A stretch of 64,000 nt of DNA, from NCBI GenBank assembly GCA_963826785.1, contig CAWGYD010000001.1:64001-128000 (forward strand). Reading direction: 5' to 3'. Position numbers and translations under genes: made by a program. The notes under the pieces are model-generated. The model did not search any database and was not told the origin of the DNA. It worked only from the letters and a program-made list of their open reading frames with translations. Source of the DNA: an uncultured delta proteobacterium (lineage in GTDB: Bacteria; Desulfobacterota; Desulfobacteria; Desulfobacterales; Desulfosalsimonadaceae). Below are positions 30,172 to 40,738 of the stretch, piece by piece; position 1 is the first letter of the stretch, and every line of letters starts with the position of its first letter.

Positions 30172-30286
30172 TCTGAAGAATTCCGGGGCAGCCGGGGCCG
30201 CTGCAATCTGTCAAGCGGATTCCTGTCTTCGATGAAATTCGCACAACGGCCCAGGATGTTTCTTGCCATGGGGTGTCCCCGAATCC

Positions 30287-31426
30287 CTACGGCTTGAAAA
30301 TAATCTTGATGACGCCCTTTTCCCGTTTATCAAACATCTGGTAGGCTTTGGGGGCGTCGTTAAGCTTCATGGTATAGCTGATCAGGCGGGTGGGATCGAT
30401 CCGGCCCGCCTCGATGAGATGGAGCAGCTGCTCGTTGTAATTTTTCACCGGGCACTGGCCCATCCTCAGCTGGATCTCCCGGGAAAACAGGTCGCCGAAG
30501 GGGAACTGGTCGAACACCCCGATGTACACCCCCGGGATGCCCACCGTGGAAAACTTGGGGGCGGTCTGGCTGACCCACTTCATGACCTGCACCGCGTTTA
30601 GATTCTTATAGGGCGGCTCTTCCATCTGGGGAGCCGTCTGCGGGGCGGGATGATGACCCACCGCTTCGTATCCCACCGCATCGATGCAGATGGCCCCGTG
30701 TCCCCTGGTGGCCTCCTTGATGTGCTCCACCGGGTTTGTTTCATCGAAATTGACGGCCTCAGCCCCCAGTTCCCGGGTCAGGTCCAGCCGGTCCGGCTGA
30801 CGGTCCACCGAGAACACCCGGGCCGCCCCCCGGATGAATGCGCTCATCACCGCAAAATAGCCCACCGGACCCGCGCCGAACACCGCCACGTCATCCCCGG
30901 GCTGCACGTTGGCGATGTCTGCGCCGAAATACCCCGTGGGCAGGATGTCGGACAGGAAGATGACCTGTTCATCGGTGAGATGGTCCGGCACCTTCAGCGG
31001 GTTGGTATTGGCGTAGGGAACCCGCACATACTCGGCCTGCCCGCCGTCATATCCCCCCATCATCTGGGAATACCCGTAGGCCGCGCCCACTTCGGCATTG
31101 GGATTGGACCGGTCGCACTGGGACCATTTCTGGTGCCGGCAGAACCAGCATTTCCCGCAGCTGATGTTAAACGGGATCACCACCCGGTCGCCTTTTTTCA
31201 CCTCGTGCACTTCCGGGCCGGCTTCCTCCACGATCCCCATGAATTCGTGCCCCAGGGTCTGGCCCTGTTCCATGGTGGGCACCGTGCCGTGATACAGATG
31301 CAGGTCCGAACCGCACAGTGCGGTGGTGGTCACCTTGAGGATGATATCCTCGGGGTCTTTGATCTTGGGTTCGGGCTTGTCCACCACCCGGACGTCATAT
31401 TTGTCATGATAAACCAATGCTTTCAT
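30287..31426 (-). CDS. Zinc-dependent alcohol/formaldehyde dehydrogenase-like (MDR family)
   Basis: LCGSDLH, GHEFMG, CGKCWFC......C, SDILPTG, GAGPVG. Confidence 0.9.
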   Translation of the reverse strand: MKALVYHDKYDVRVVDKPEPKIKDPEDIILKVTTTALCGSDLHLYHGTVPTMEQGQTLGHEFMGIVEEAGPEVHEVKKGDRVVIPFNISCGKCWFCRHQKWSQCDRSNPNAEVGAAYGYSQMMGGYDGGQAEYVRVPYANTNPLKVPDHLTDEQVIFLSDILPTGYFGADIANVQPGDDVAVFGAGPVGYFAVMSAFIRGAARVFSVDRQPDRLDLTRELGAEAVNFDETNPVEHIKEATRGHGAICIDAVGYEAVGHHPAPQTAPQMEEPPYKNLNAVQVMKWVSQTAPKFSTVGIPGVYIGVFDQFPFGDLFSREIQLRMGQCPVKNYNEQLLHLIEAGRIDPTRLISYTMKLNDAPKAYQMFDKREKGVIKIIFKP

Positions 31427-31767
31427 TTCATACTCCTTTTTTTACGGTCGATTGCGGATCAATTGACAGATTTCTTCTTTTGATTGGAAAAATCCGTTTT
31501 TACTTCAACAAAAGTAAAAACAATCGCGGGCTTTCATATGATGAAAATCGTGTATTTCAATCACCGGGCGACCGTATTTGCGCCATTGAATATGCGTAAT
31601 GTTAAACAAAATGCCTGCCCCTTCTGACGGGTCGAAATTTCTCCGGCGGCTTGAAATGGACGGCATCCTGCATAGTTTTTTATTCGGAAGCCGGAAAAAA
31701 AAAGGAATCTTAGTTTCCGGGACCCAAACAGATGATCGAGAAAATTCGATAAAAAGCGAGGTGGATC

Positions 31768-32553
31768 ATGGCAAAGAAACAAGAAGATCAGGAGCAGGAA
31801 AAAGCTGTGACCCTGGAGCGGGGGGATATTTTTTTCTTTTACCGGCCCAAGGTGGAAGAGGAAGACCCGGATAGCCTGTCCGATGTCCAGCGCATGTACA
31901 TGGTGCTGAAGCCCGAAAATAAAAAGAAGGTCCGGCTGGCGATCGTGGGGAAGAAGCGTCTTCCCGACCCGAATAAATCGGGCAAGGGCAGAAACTGGGG
32001 ATTTGTGGAAACCGTACGCAACTCTCCCGATTTTTTAAAAGAAGAATTTGCGCAAGAGTCCTATCAGACCAAGACCCGGGGAGAGCGGCATACGCCGCCG
32101 GCCCGTCCGCTGGGGGAGGGGGTATACCGCATTGTGCGCCACAGCGGCCACACCCACCTGGTCTATGCCCTGGAACTGCCGGAATCGCCCGGCCCGGCCC
32201 AGGAGGAGACCCGCATAGAAGATCAGGCCAGCTACATCATCAGCATCAAAAACCCGGAAAAAGGCTCCCCCGTGGCCACGGGTCTGTCAGAAGACAGGAA
32301 AGCCGAGTACCCCAGGAAACTCCAGGAAAAATTCAGGGACCGGAGGTTCGCGGATGCCGATCCGCCCGAATTCCTGGATAAGGAGGGCACGCAATTCATC
32401 CTGGCGTCCGCATCCGAAGACATCGAAGATGAGCTGGATATCAACATGCGTCCGGAAGATGAATCCATTGATCAGGCCGGCATTTTCAGCCAGCTCCATC
32501 TGGACAGAAGCGAAAGGCCGACAAAACCCCTTTCCGAAGGAGACTGGGCCTGA
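31768..32553 (+). CDS. Hypothetical acidic protein
   Basis: 261-aa ORF with GAGGTG RBS; motifs GDIFFFYRPKV and GEGVYRIV..HTHLVYALELP; function not recognised. Confidence 0.75.
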   Translation: MAKKQEDQEQEKAVTLERGDIFFFYRPKVEEEDPDSLSDVQRMYMVLKPENKKKVRLAIVGKKRLPDPNKSGKGRNWGFVETVRNSPDFLKEEFAQESYQTKTRGERHTPPARPLGEGVYRIVRHSGHTHLVYALELPESPGPAQEETRIEDQASYIISIKNPEKGSPVATGLSEDRKAEYPRKLQEKFRDRRFADADPPEFLDKEGTQFILASASEDIEDELDINMRPEDESIDQAGIFSQLHLDRSERPTKPLSEGDWA

Positions 32554-32601
32554 GCGCCCATCCGGATGGCAAAGACTTCCAATATCCGCATCATGCCCGA
32601 A

Positions 32602-34416
32602 TCAAATCCTGCCTTCGGGTAAATCCGGTTCGTCCACCATGGCGATAAGGGTCTGTCCCGGGTGAGGGGTCATCTTCTTGTCGGTGGTGAAGATCAGCAG
32701 GTTGTTTTTATCGGTGATGAGGGCCATGGGGATGGCCGACGCCCCGTAGTAATCTTTGAATGCCGCGTAATCGAACGCTTCAGTCAATGTCGTGGCCTTG
32801 ATGACCGATCCGGATTGAAACCGGCGGGTCATGCCGGCATAATCGATGTCTTTTCCAAACAGATATCTTCCCCGCAGGTGCTGGGGGGAATAGAGCTGCT
32901 CGTCATCGATTCCGCTTTTTGCCGGGGCCAGCTGATAGAGTTCTTCCCGGTCGAACATCTCGGAAAAGTGAAGAATGGCCAGCGAATTGAGTTCATCGTT
33001 GGGGGTGATGGCCATGAGGCGGCCGATGCCGTTGAGCTGCAGCCTCCCCGTGAGTTCCCGGGTCAGCCCCGGGTTGTAATAGACAGGGACCCCGGCCATT
33101 TTGGCATGAAAGATGTCCGGCCGGTAAGTGTCCGTCATCAGCACGTTGAAATTTTTCTCCTGCAGGATTTTGGCCAGTTCCACCGCCCAGGGGAGCGCGC
33201 CCAGGAACAAGACCCCCTGGGGATTGGACTGATCCAGCTTCAGCCAGCGGGCCATGGGAAGCGCGGTCAACCCATAGAAGATAACGGTTCCCATGATCAC
33301 GGTAAAGGTCAGGGGGACCAGGGCGCCTGCCTGGGGAAATCCGGCGGCATTGAGGCGCAGGGCAAAGATGGAAGAGACGGCGGCGGCAACGATCCCCCGG
33401 GGGGCCATCCAGGACAGAAACAGCTTCTCCCGCCAGGTGAGATCGGCGTTCATGGTGGAAACAAACACCGCCGTGGGCCGGGCCAGGAGGATGAGAATGC
33501 CCAGAAAAGCCAGGCTGTTGATGGAAAGCAGGAAAAACAGGTTGAGCTTGATGCGTGCGGACAAAATGATAAACAGCACGGATATGATCAGCAGACGCAG
33601 GTTCTCCTTGAATTCCATGATGTTCTTCACCGGCACCCAATTCTGATTGACCACCATGATCCCCATCAGGGTGGCGGCAAACAGGCCGGATTCCTCCTGG
33701 AAAAAATTCGAACCCATATAAGCGCCCAGCACCAGGGTCAAGGTGATGCTCTCGGTGAGGTATTCGGGAATCCAGAAATTCTTGAGCAGCAGGATCAGGA
33801 AGGCCGCAAACAGGCCGCCGAAAAGCGTGCCGAAAACAATGGTTTTGACCAGTCCCAGCAGCACCGTGGCGCCGGTGCTTTCCATCCCGCCGATGAGGAC
33901 GGCCTCGAACACCAGCACCGCCATGAGCGCGCCGATGGGATCGGTCACGATCCCTTCCCATTTTAAGATGTCGGTGACTTTCCCGATGGGCCGGATGAAG
34001 CGCAGCAGCGGACCGATGACGGTGGGGCCGGTCACCACCAGGATGGCCCCCAGGAGTACGGCCATCCGGGTATTGAGCCCGAACAGGTAGTGGGCCGAAA
34101 TGGCCGCAAAACCGCAGGTGATGAATACCCCCACCGTCACCATGAAAAAAATGATCCGACCGACCTCCTTGAGTTCGCTGACCCGCAGGGTCAGCCCGCC
34201 CTCGAACAGGATGATGGCCACGGAGAGGGAGACAAACGGGACCAGCAATTCCCCCATGAATTCATCCGGGTTGAGAAACCCGGTGACCGGTCCGGCGATG
34301 AAGCCGAAAAGGAGGAGAAAGACGATGGACGGCAGTTTCAGCCGCCAGGCAATCCACTGGGCGGCGATGCCGAGGAACAAGACGATGGTGATATCGGTGA
34401 TGATGTGCTCGGGCAT
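32602..34416 (-). CDS. CPA1 (NhaP-type) cation:proton antiporter with cytoplasmic C-terminal domain
   Basis: ILFEGGL, VTGPTVIGP, WEGIVTDPIG, APRGIVAAA; many TM segments. Confidence 0.9.
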   Translation of the reverse strand: MPEHIITDITIVLFLGIAAQWIAWRLKLPSIVFLLLFGFIAGPVTGFLNPDEFMGELLVPFVSLSVAIILFEGGLTLRVSELKEVGRIIFFMVTVGVFITCGFAAISAHYLFGLNTRMAVLLGAILVVTGPTVIGPLLRFIRPIGKVTDILKWEGIVTDPIGALMAVLVFEAVLIGGMESTGATVLLGLVKTIVFGTLFGGLFAAFLILLLKNFWIPEYLTESITLTLVLGAYMGSNFFQEESGLFAATLMGIMVVNQNWVPVKNIMEFKENLRLLIISVLFIILSARIKLNLFFLLSINSLAFLGILILLARPTAVFVSTMNADLTWREKLFLSWMAPRGIVAAAVSSIFALRLNAAGFPQAGALVPLTFTVIMGTVIFYGLTALPMARWLKLDQSNPQGVLFLGALPWAVELAKILQEKNFNVLMTDTYRPDIFHAKMAGVPVYYNPGLTRELTGRLQLNGIGRLMAITPNDELNSLAILHFSEMFDREELYQLAPAKSGIDDEQLYSPQHLRGRYLFGKDIDYAGMTRRFQSGSVIKATTLTEAFDYAAFKDYYGASAIPMALITDKNNLLIFTTDKKMTPHPGQTLIAMVDEPDLPEGRI

Positions 34417-34425
34417 GGCCTGTCG

Positions 34426-35163
34426 CTATGCAGCAGATCGGGTTCTGCGGATGGCCGCGATCAGTTGTTCTTTGTCGCCGCTTTTCCTGAGGTAATCCGT
34501 TGCGCCGGCTTGCTCGATGGCGGTGGCCTGATCGGCGGCATCGAACATGGACAATCCGATGACACGGATGCCGGGATGTTCTTTATGGATGATCCGCGTG
34601 GCCTCGATCCCGTTCATTTTCGGCATGCTGATATCCATCAGAATCACGTCCGGATCGAGTTTGCGGGCCATCTGTATGGCTTCTTCTCCATCCGAGGCCT
34701 CGCCGGTGATGGCGATATCGGGATAATCCGAGAGGAGTTCGGAAAGCCCCTGGCGCATGACCGCATGATCATCCACCAGCATCACCCGGATACGGCAGTC
34801 GTTTGATTGCATTCCGGGCCTTTCACATTCCTTTCCGAAATTCCCGGCGGATGAAGCGTTTTCGCCGGCCGGAAGGGCCGTTGATTTTTCCGGGGCCATC
34901 AAATCCAGAACATCGAGTGATTCCGTGAGAAGGTCCACGGCCGTATCCAGCGTCGGCAAAATGTCTGCATCGCTTTTGCCCTTCAATAGATTCAAATCAT
35001 CCCTGGTACGCACCAGCAAATGCAAAAGACGTTCATGCAGAACCTGTACCCGGCGTTTTGGTTCCATGATCATTTCCGAATACAGCCGGACGCGCGGCTG
35101 CCGCGTGCCCTGCAGTTGCTGTTGGCGGCGAGGGCAGTCAAATTTGCAATCATTGTCATTCAC
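34426..35163 (-). CDS. Response regulator receiver protein with N-terminal extension (start uncertain; alternatives 35073 and 35067)
   Basis: [34 protein letters not shown]; no output domain. Confidence 0.8.
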   Translation of the reverse strand: MNDNDCKFDCPRRQQQLQGTRQPRVRLYSEMIMEPKRRVQVLHERLLHLLVRTRDDLNLLKGKSDADILPTLDTAVDLLTESLDVLDLMAPEKSTALPAGENASSAGNFGKECERPGMQSNDCRIRVMLVDDHAVMRQGLSELLSDYPDIAITGEASDGEEAIQMARKLDPDVILMDISMPKMNGIEATRIIHKEHPGIRVIGLSMFDAADQATAIEQAGATDYLRKSGDKEQLIAAIRRTRSAA

Positions 35164-35310
35164 CTTTCAAAAATGAATTAAAATATAAGTACAACCCCAT
35201 ATTTGGCAAACTTTCGCCCAATGATCGAGGAAAATGCGTTTTATCGGTTCACGTCACATCCTTTTAACATTTCGGCACAACAGGCATGAAACTGTTTTTA
35301 TGCCCTGATC

Positions 35311-35775
35311 TCAACTGCCGGGTTTTTTCGGGGTGACATACATGGTGATTTTTGCGCGGAACACGGTCTCGCCGGAAGGGTTTTTGACCTCTACGGGTAC
35401 GATGACATCGCCGGGGGTGATCCGGTCCGCCGGAATTTCGGAGGTGCCGGTCAGCGTGCCTTTGGCTTTTTTCAGGTATTCCACCGTCATTTTACGGGGG
35501 ATCCACCGCAGATTGACCGGCGTGGCCGCTTCCAGGGCCAGGCCACCGGCAAGCTCGGCCATGTTGCACATGACGATGGCATGCACCGTGTTGAGATGGT
35601 TGCGCACCCGTTTCCGGTCTTTGACGACCACGCTGCATCTGCCGGGGGAAAGGTGGGTAATCAGCGGCCGGATGGTTTTGAAATAGGGCGCCTTTGCCGC
35701 CACCAGGCGTGAAAAAACCTGCCTGCCCAGGGGCCATGCCGACAGCCGCTGATAGATACTGAGCGTTTTGCTCAT
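35311..35775 (-). CDS. Hotdog-fold thioesterase-like protein (DUF4442-like)
   Basis: KAPYFKTI.P, NHLNTVHAI.MCNMAE, WIP.KMTVEYLKKA. Confidence 0.85.
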   Translation of the reverse strand: MSKTLSIYQRLSAWPLGRQVFSRLVAAKAPYFKTIRPLITHLSPGRCSVVVKDRKRVRNHLNTVHAIVMCNMAELAGGLALEAATPVNLRWIPRKMTVEYLKKAKGTLTGTSEIPADRITPGDVIVPVEVKNPSGETVFRAKITMYVTPKKPGS

Positions 35776-35926
35776 CCGCTTCCTCCCCGCCCGGCCACCG
35801 GACGTTTGTCAATTTATCGTTTTGCTGCTATAGACGAGATGTCTGTCACGGTTGACATATCTGAAGTTATTCTAATATCCTATTTGATATGATTTCAAGA
35901 ATTTTAAACACAAGTGAGGAGAAAAC

Positions 35927-36832
35927 GTGATGCAAATCGACGATATCGGACAGGTGCTGATCATCGGGTCGGGAAACATGGGGCAGCAGATCGGGTTTCA
36001 GTGCGCCGTAAGCGGATATTCGGTGGTGCTCTATGATGTGGGCCAGGTGCAACTCGATCTGGCCATGGGGCGCCTGGGAAAACTGGCCCGAAATTTCATG
36101 GCCGCCGGCAGGCTCACCGAATCCGAAGCCGCCGCCGCCCTAAAACGGATCCGGGCCACCCCATCGGCCCAGGAGGCCGGCGCCAATGCCGATTTTGTAA
36201 GCGAATCGGTTCCCGAAGACCCGGTGCTCAAAGGGAAAGTGTTTGCCCGATTCAACGCCATCTGCCCTGCGCATACCATTTTCACCACCAACACCTCATC
36301 CCTGATCCCCTCCATGTTCGCCGAGGCCACCGGACGTCCCGACCGGTTTGCGGCGTTTCACTTCCACGATGTCCGGGTGACCCACATCGTAGACATCATG
36401 CCCCATCCCGGCACATCGGAACAGACCGTCCGACTCATCGCCGAATTCGCCCGATCGATCGGCCAGGAAGCCATCGTTCTCAAAAAAGAGAATTTCGGAT
36501 ATGTATTCAATGCCATGCTCATGGAACTGCTCCGCTCGGCCCAGTCCCTGGCCGCAAACCAGGTGGCCAGTGTCGAGGATATCGACCGGTCGTTCATGGG
36601 GGTGATGCACACCCTGATGGGGCCCTTCGGCATCATGGACAGCATCGGCATCGATACGGTCTACAAGGTCACCCGCTACTGGGCGGACGAGTTAAAGGAC
36701 CCCCAGGCCATCGCCAATGCCGATTTCCTGAAGCAGTATGTGGACCGTGGTGATCTGGGCGCCAAAACCGGGAAAGGATTCTATTCGTATCCGGACCCGG
36801 ATTTCGGCAAACCCGGATTTATCCGGAAATGA
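35927..36832 (+). CDS. 3-hydroxyacyl-CoA dehydrogenase
   Basis: IIGSGNMG, ESVPED, TNTSS, GPFGIMD.IG.D, LGAKTGKGFY. Confidence 0.9.
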   Translation: MMQIDDIGQVLIIGSGNMGQQIGFQCAVSGYSVVLYDVGQVQLDLAMGRLGKLARNFMAAGRLTESEAAAALKRIRATPSAQEAGANADFVSESVPEDPVLKGKVFARFNAICPAHTIFTTNTSSLIPSMFAEATGRPDRFAAFHFHDVRVTHIVDIMPHPGTSEQTVRLIAEFARSIGQEAIVLKKENFGYVFNAMLMELLRSAQSLAANQVASVEDIDRSFMGVMHTLMGPFGIMDSIGIDTVYKVTRYWADELKDPQAIANADFLKQYVDRGDLGAKTGKGFYSYPDPDFGKPGFIRK

Positions 36833-36959
36833 GAATACGGCGGCCATGGCGGTGATATCTCCTCCTGGCGCTTGACTTCTGACGCCAGATGATTTCCTTC
36901 TGATTTGAAACTATTTTAAACGTTCCTATTTTATAACCCAAGAAGCATCGGAAACATTT

Positions 36960-36989
36960 AAAACCCGATCATGAAAATGATCGGGTTTT
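36960..36989. terminator. Perfect 13-bp hairpin with GAAA loop (terminator or attenuator)
   Basis: AAAACCCGATCAT-GAAA-ATGATCGGGTTTT, ending 20 nt upstream of ATG 37010. Confidence 0.55.
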
Positions 36990-37009
36990 CTCATTCGGGG
37001 AGGAACGCC

Positions 37010-40000
37010 ATGGTCCGGAGCGGGTTGCCTGTCGAACACATCCAGGAGGTTCTCGAGGAAATCAACAGCATCATCATCGGCCTCGATGCCGAAGGGCGGA
37101 TCACATTCTTGAACCGGTTCAGCGAAGATCTGTTCGGCTATTCCAGGGATGAAGCGCTTGGAAAACCCCTGGTGGGAACCTTCCTTCCGGAAAAGGAAAG
37201 TTCGGGCAAAGACAATTCCGGGCTGGTTCAAAGCATCATCCAATTTCCCGCCAAACACTACATCAATGAATCCGAGGGCATCAGAAAAAACGGGGAACGG
37301 GTCTGGATTTCCTGGAGCGCCCGGCTGGTTCTGGATGAACAGGGAAATGCGGCAGAAATCTTCATCGACGGAAATGATGTGACGCAGCAGCATCAACAGG
37401 GACTCAAGGCCCGGGAAGCCTACGAAATGATCAATCAGTCACCGGACCTGGTGATCCGACTGGATGCGAAACGAAGATACCTGTTTGTCAACCGCGCCTT
37501 TTCAGAAACCGCCGGTGTGCCGCCGGAAGACATTCTGGGCAAACGCGGGGAGGTCCACCTGCCGAAGCAAACGGTCAAATTCATCACAGAAGCACTGGAT
37601 CGCGCAGCAGAAGCGCATGACGAGATCACCGCCGAGATCCCCTATGGTGAGCGCTGGTTTTTGTCCACGGTCAAACCGGTGTTCGGGGAAAACGAACGCA
37701 TTGAATCGTTCATGATTTTTGCAAAGGATATTACCCGGCGGCGGCATGCCGCAGAAAGCGCACTGAAAGCCCAGCAGCAGGCGACTGAAAGCGAAGCCCG
37801 TTTCCGCACGGTCCTGGAAAATTCCCTGGATGCGGCTTACCGCCGGGACCTGCGCACCGATGCCTATGACTACCTCAGCCCGGTGATCGAAAAGATCACC
37901 GGGTACAGTGTCGATGAATTTGCGAGTATGGATACGGATGCCATCATGTCCGTCATCCATCCCGACGACCAAAGCCGGGTGAACGGGAGCATGGCCGCCG
38001 CGCTGGATTCCGAGAGCGGCTCCGGGCGGATCGTTTACCGGCTGAAGGGAAAAGACGGGTCTTATCGCTGGCTGTCGGACAACATGATCGTGGTCAAAGA
38101 TGAGACCGGCACCCCGGTCTACCGTGTGGGAAATGTGCGCGACGTCACGCAATCCATGCAGCTGCAGGAAGAGTTGCAGAATTCCAAGGAAACGGCCGAA
38201 AAACGGGCACGGGAAGCCGAAGAGGGGGAGCAGATACTGGAGGCTATCCTGGAGCATGTCCCCGAAGGGCTTTCCATTGTGGATGCCCAGAGCCGGAAGG
38301 TATTGACGGTCAGCCGATATCTGGCGCAATTTGTCGGAAAAGAGCGGGGGGATTTTGAAGGCATTCCCCTTGCGCAGTACCTGGAAACCTTCAACGCCGC
38401 CCGCATCGACGGCACGCCCATCGAGGCGGACGAGGCGCCCATGTGGCGCTCCATTTACCTGGGGGAAACGGTGGTCAACGAACAGTACCTGCTCAGCACC
38501 CACAGCGGGGAGCAAATCAGCGTCCTGGTCAATACCGCCCCGATCCTGGACCGCGGCGGAAGGATTGTGGGCGGGATCGCCACCTGGCGAAATGTCGAAC
38601 CCCTGATTCAGGCGGAAAAGGAATTGAAAGTCTCCCGGGATGCCGCCGAAGAAGCCGCCCGTCTGGCCGAGGATCAGCAGCGAATTTTAGAAGCCATCCT
38701 GGTCAGCATCCCCGAAGCGATTATCGTCCTGGAAGCCCCCGAAGGCCGCCTGCGGCTGGCCAGCCGGTATTATACGGAATTCGTGGGGGTCGCCCCTGAA
38801 AAGCTTCTGGAATCCTCCATGTCGGAAAGAATCGGCGGCGTGCTGTCCGGGTTTTCCGGTTACCGCAACGGATCCGAATCCGAAAAATATCCGGCGGCCC
38901 GGGCGCTGGCGGGTGAAACGATCATGGATGAGGAATGGCATGTGAAGAAACCGGACGGGAGCACCGCGGTGATATCGATTGCGGCAGCCCCGGTCCGGGA
39001 TGCTACGGGTTTGATCACCCACGCGGTGGTGGGCTGGCGGGACATCACGGTATCCAAGGAGATGGAAACGGTCCTCCGTCGCAGCGAGCACGAATTAAAA
39101 ACGCTGGTGGAAAGCTCCCCGGACATCATCATCCGCATGGACCGGGGCATGCGCTACATCTTTGCCAACGCCACCTATGAGCGGATCGCGGGAGTTTCGC
39201 GGGAAAGCCTGAAGGGAAAGACCAACCAGTCGCTGGGGATGCCCGAGGAGCAGTCCCGGCAGTGGGAGGAAACCATGCGCAAGGTCATCCGCACGGGCCG
39301 GGAAACCAATATCGAGTTTTCTTTTTCCGGTCTGTTCGGCACCCGTTTTTTCTGGGGGCGGATCATTCCCGAATTTGACAAGAACGGCATGGTGGAATCG
39401 GTGATGATGGTGGCCCGGGACATCACCGAGCGCAAGCGGGCCGAGGCCCACATCCGGTATGTCAGCTTCCATGACAATGTCACCGGTCTGTACAACCGGG
39501 CCTACTTCGAAGAAGAGGTCAACCGCTTAGACACCGTGCGCTCCCTGCCGGTAAGCTTCATCATGGGCGACGTGAACAACCTGAAGCTGGTCAATGATGC
39601 CTTCGGTCACAACGAAGGCGATATCCTGCTCAAGGCCATCGCCGATATCCTGAGGGAAGCCTGCCGGGAAAGCGATATCATCGCCCGGTGGGGGGAGACG
39701 AGTTTGCCGTCATCCTGCCCCATACGGATCTGGCCACCACCCGGGAAGTGATGAACCGGATCCGGGCCGTGTCACAGCAGCGTGCCGGCACGGCGGTTCC
39801 GGCCAGCATTTCCCTGGGCGTTGCGGTAAAGTCCAGCGACAGGGAAAACATTTATCATATCATCCGGATGGCCGAAGCGGAAATGTACGATGACAAACTG
39901 CTCCGGAGCCGGGAGAATCATGAGCGGGTCATCGCCGCACTTCTGGCGAGGGTTCATGAAAGCCGGCCGGATCTTGCGCATCACACCCGGCGGGCACAGG

Positions 40001-40470
40001 CCCATGTCCGGACCTTCGGGGCCGCCATGGGTTTAAGTGATTCCCAGATGGAAAACATGGAACTGATGGCGCGCCTTCACGATATTGGTAAAGCAGTGAT
40101 CCCCAAAGAGGTGATCCAGAAGCAGGGACGGTTGAATGACCAGGAGTGGCAGATCATGAAACGCCATCCCGAGGCCGGCTACCGGATCGTCAAAACCTTT
40201 GCTGAAACCGCCCGGATTTCAGATGATATACTGGCCATCCGGGAGCGGTGGGATGGCACCGGATACCCCCGGGGTCTGAAAAAAGAGAAAATCCCCTACC
40301 TGGCCCGGATGTTTTCCATCATCGACGTATTTGACGCCATGACCCATGAACGGCCCTATGGGCGGGTGTACACCGCAAAGGAAGCCGCCGTGCAGATCCG
40401 GGAGAATGCGGGCGCGCAGTTCGATCCAAAGCTTGCGGAAGCCTTTGTCCGGACCATTCTGACGGAATAA
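37010..40470 (+). CDS. Multi-PAS diguanylate cyclase with degenerate HD-GYP domain; -1 frameshift in the G run at 39690-39695
   Basis: About 6 PAS domains; D.VTGLYNR, RESD I-site. RWGGDEF is restored by adding one G. LHDIGK, RERWDGTGYP. Confidence 0.88.
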
Positions 40471-40738
40471 ACGCCAGAAGCGGATATGCCTTATCCATAT
40501 CGCATCCGCCTTTTTCGTTCGGGCACAAGTTATCACCCGCCGATGAACCAGCCAAAAAAAATCGATCAAGAAAGACTTTTTCATTATTTAAGTAAATCAA
40601 TCACGTACTGCTTTTAAAATCGTTTTTGTATCCATCCCTGTTTGCCCTTGTTCGCCAGCGACTCTATATTTAGAGTTGGCGGACATCCTCTGATGCCCTC
40701 ACCAGCCAGCTTCCAAACCGGTGCAGGATCGACGTTAA

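Noticed and set aside
36930..37000. c-di-GMP riboswitch upstream of the cyclases
   Set aside because: Only a single GAAA-capped hairpin is present; the conserved class I junction and second stem are not evident.
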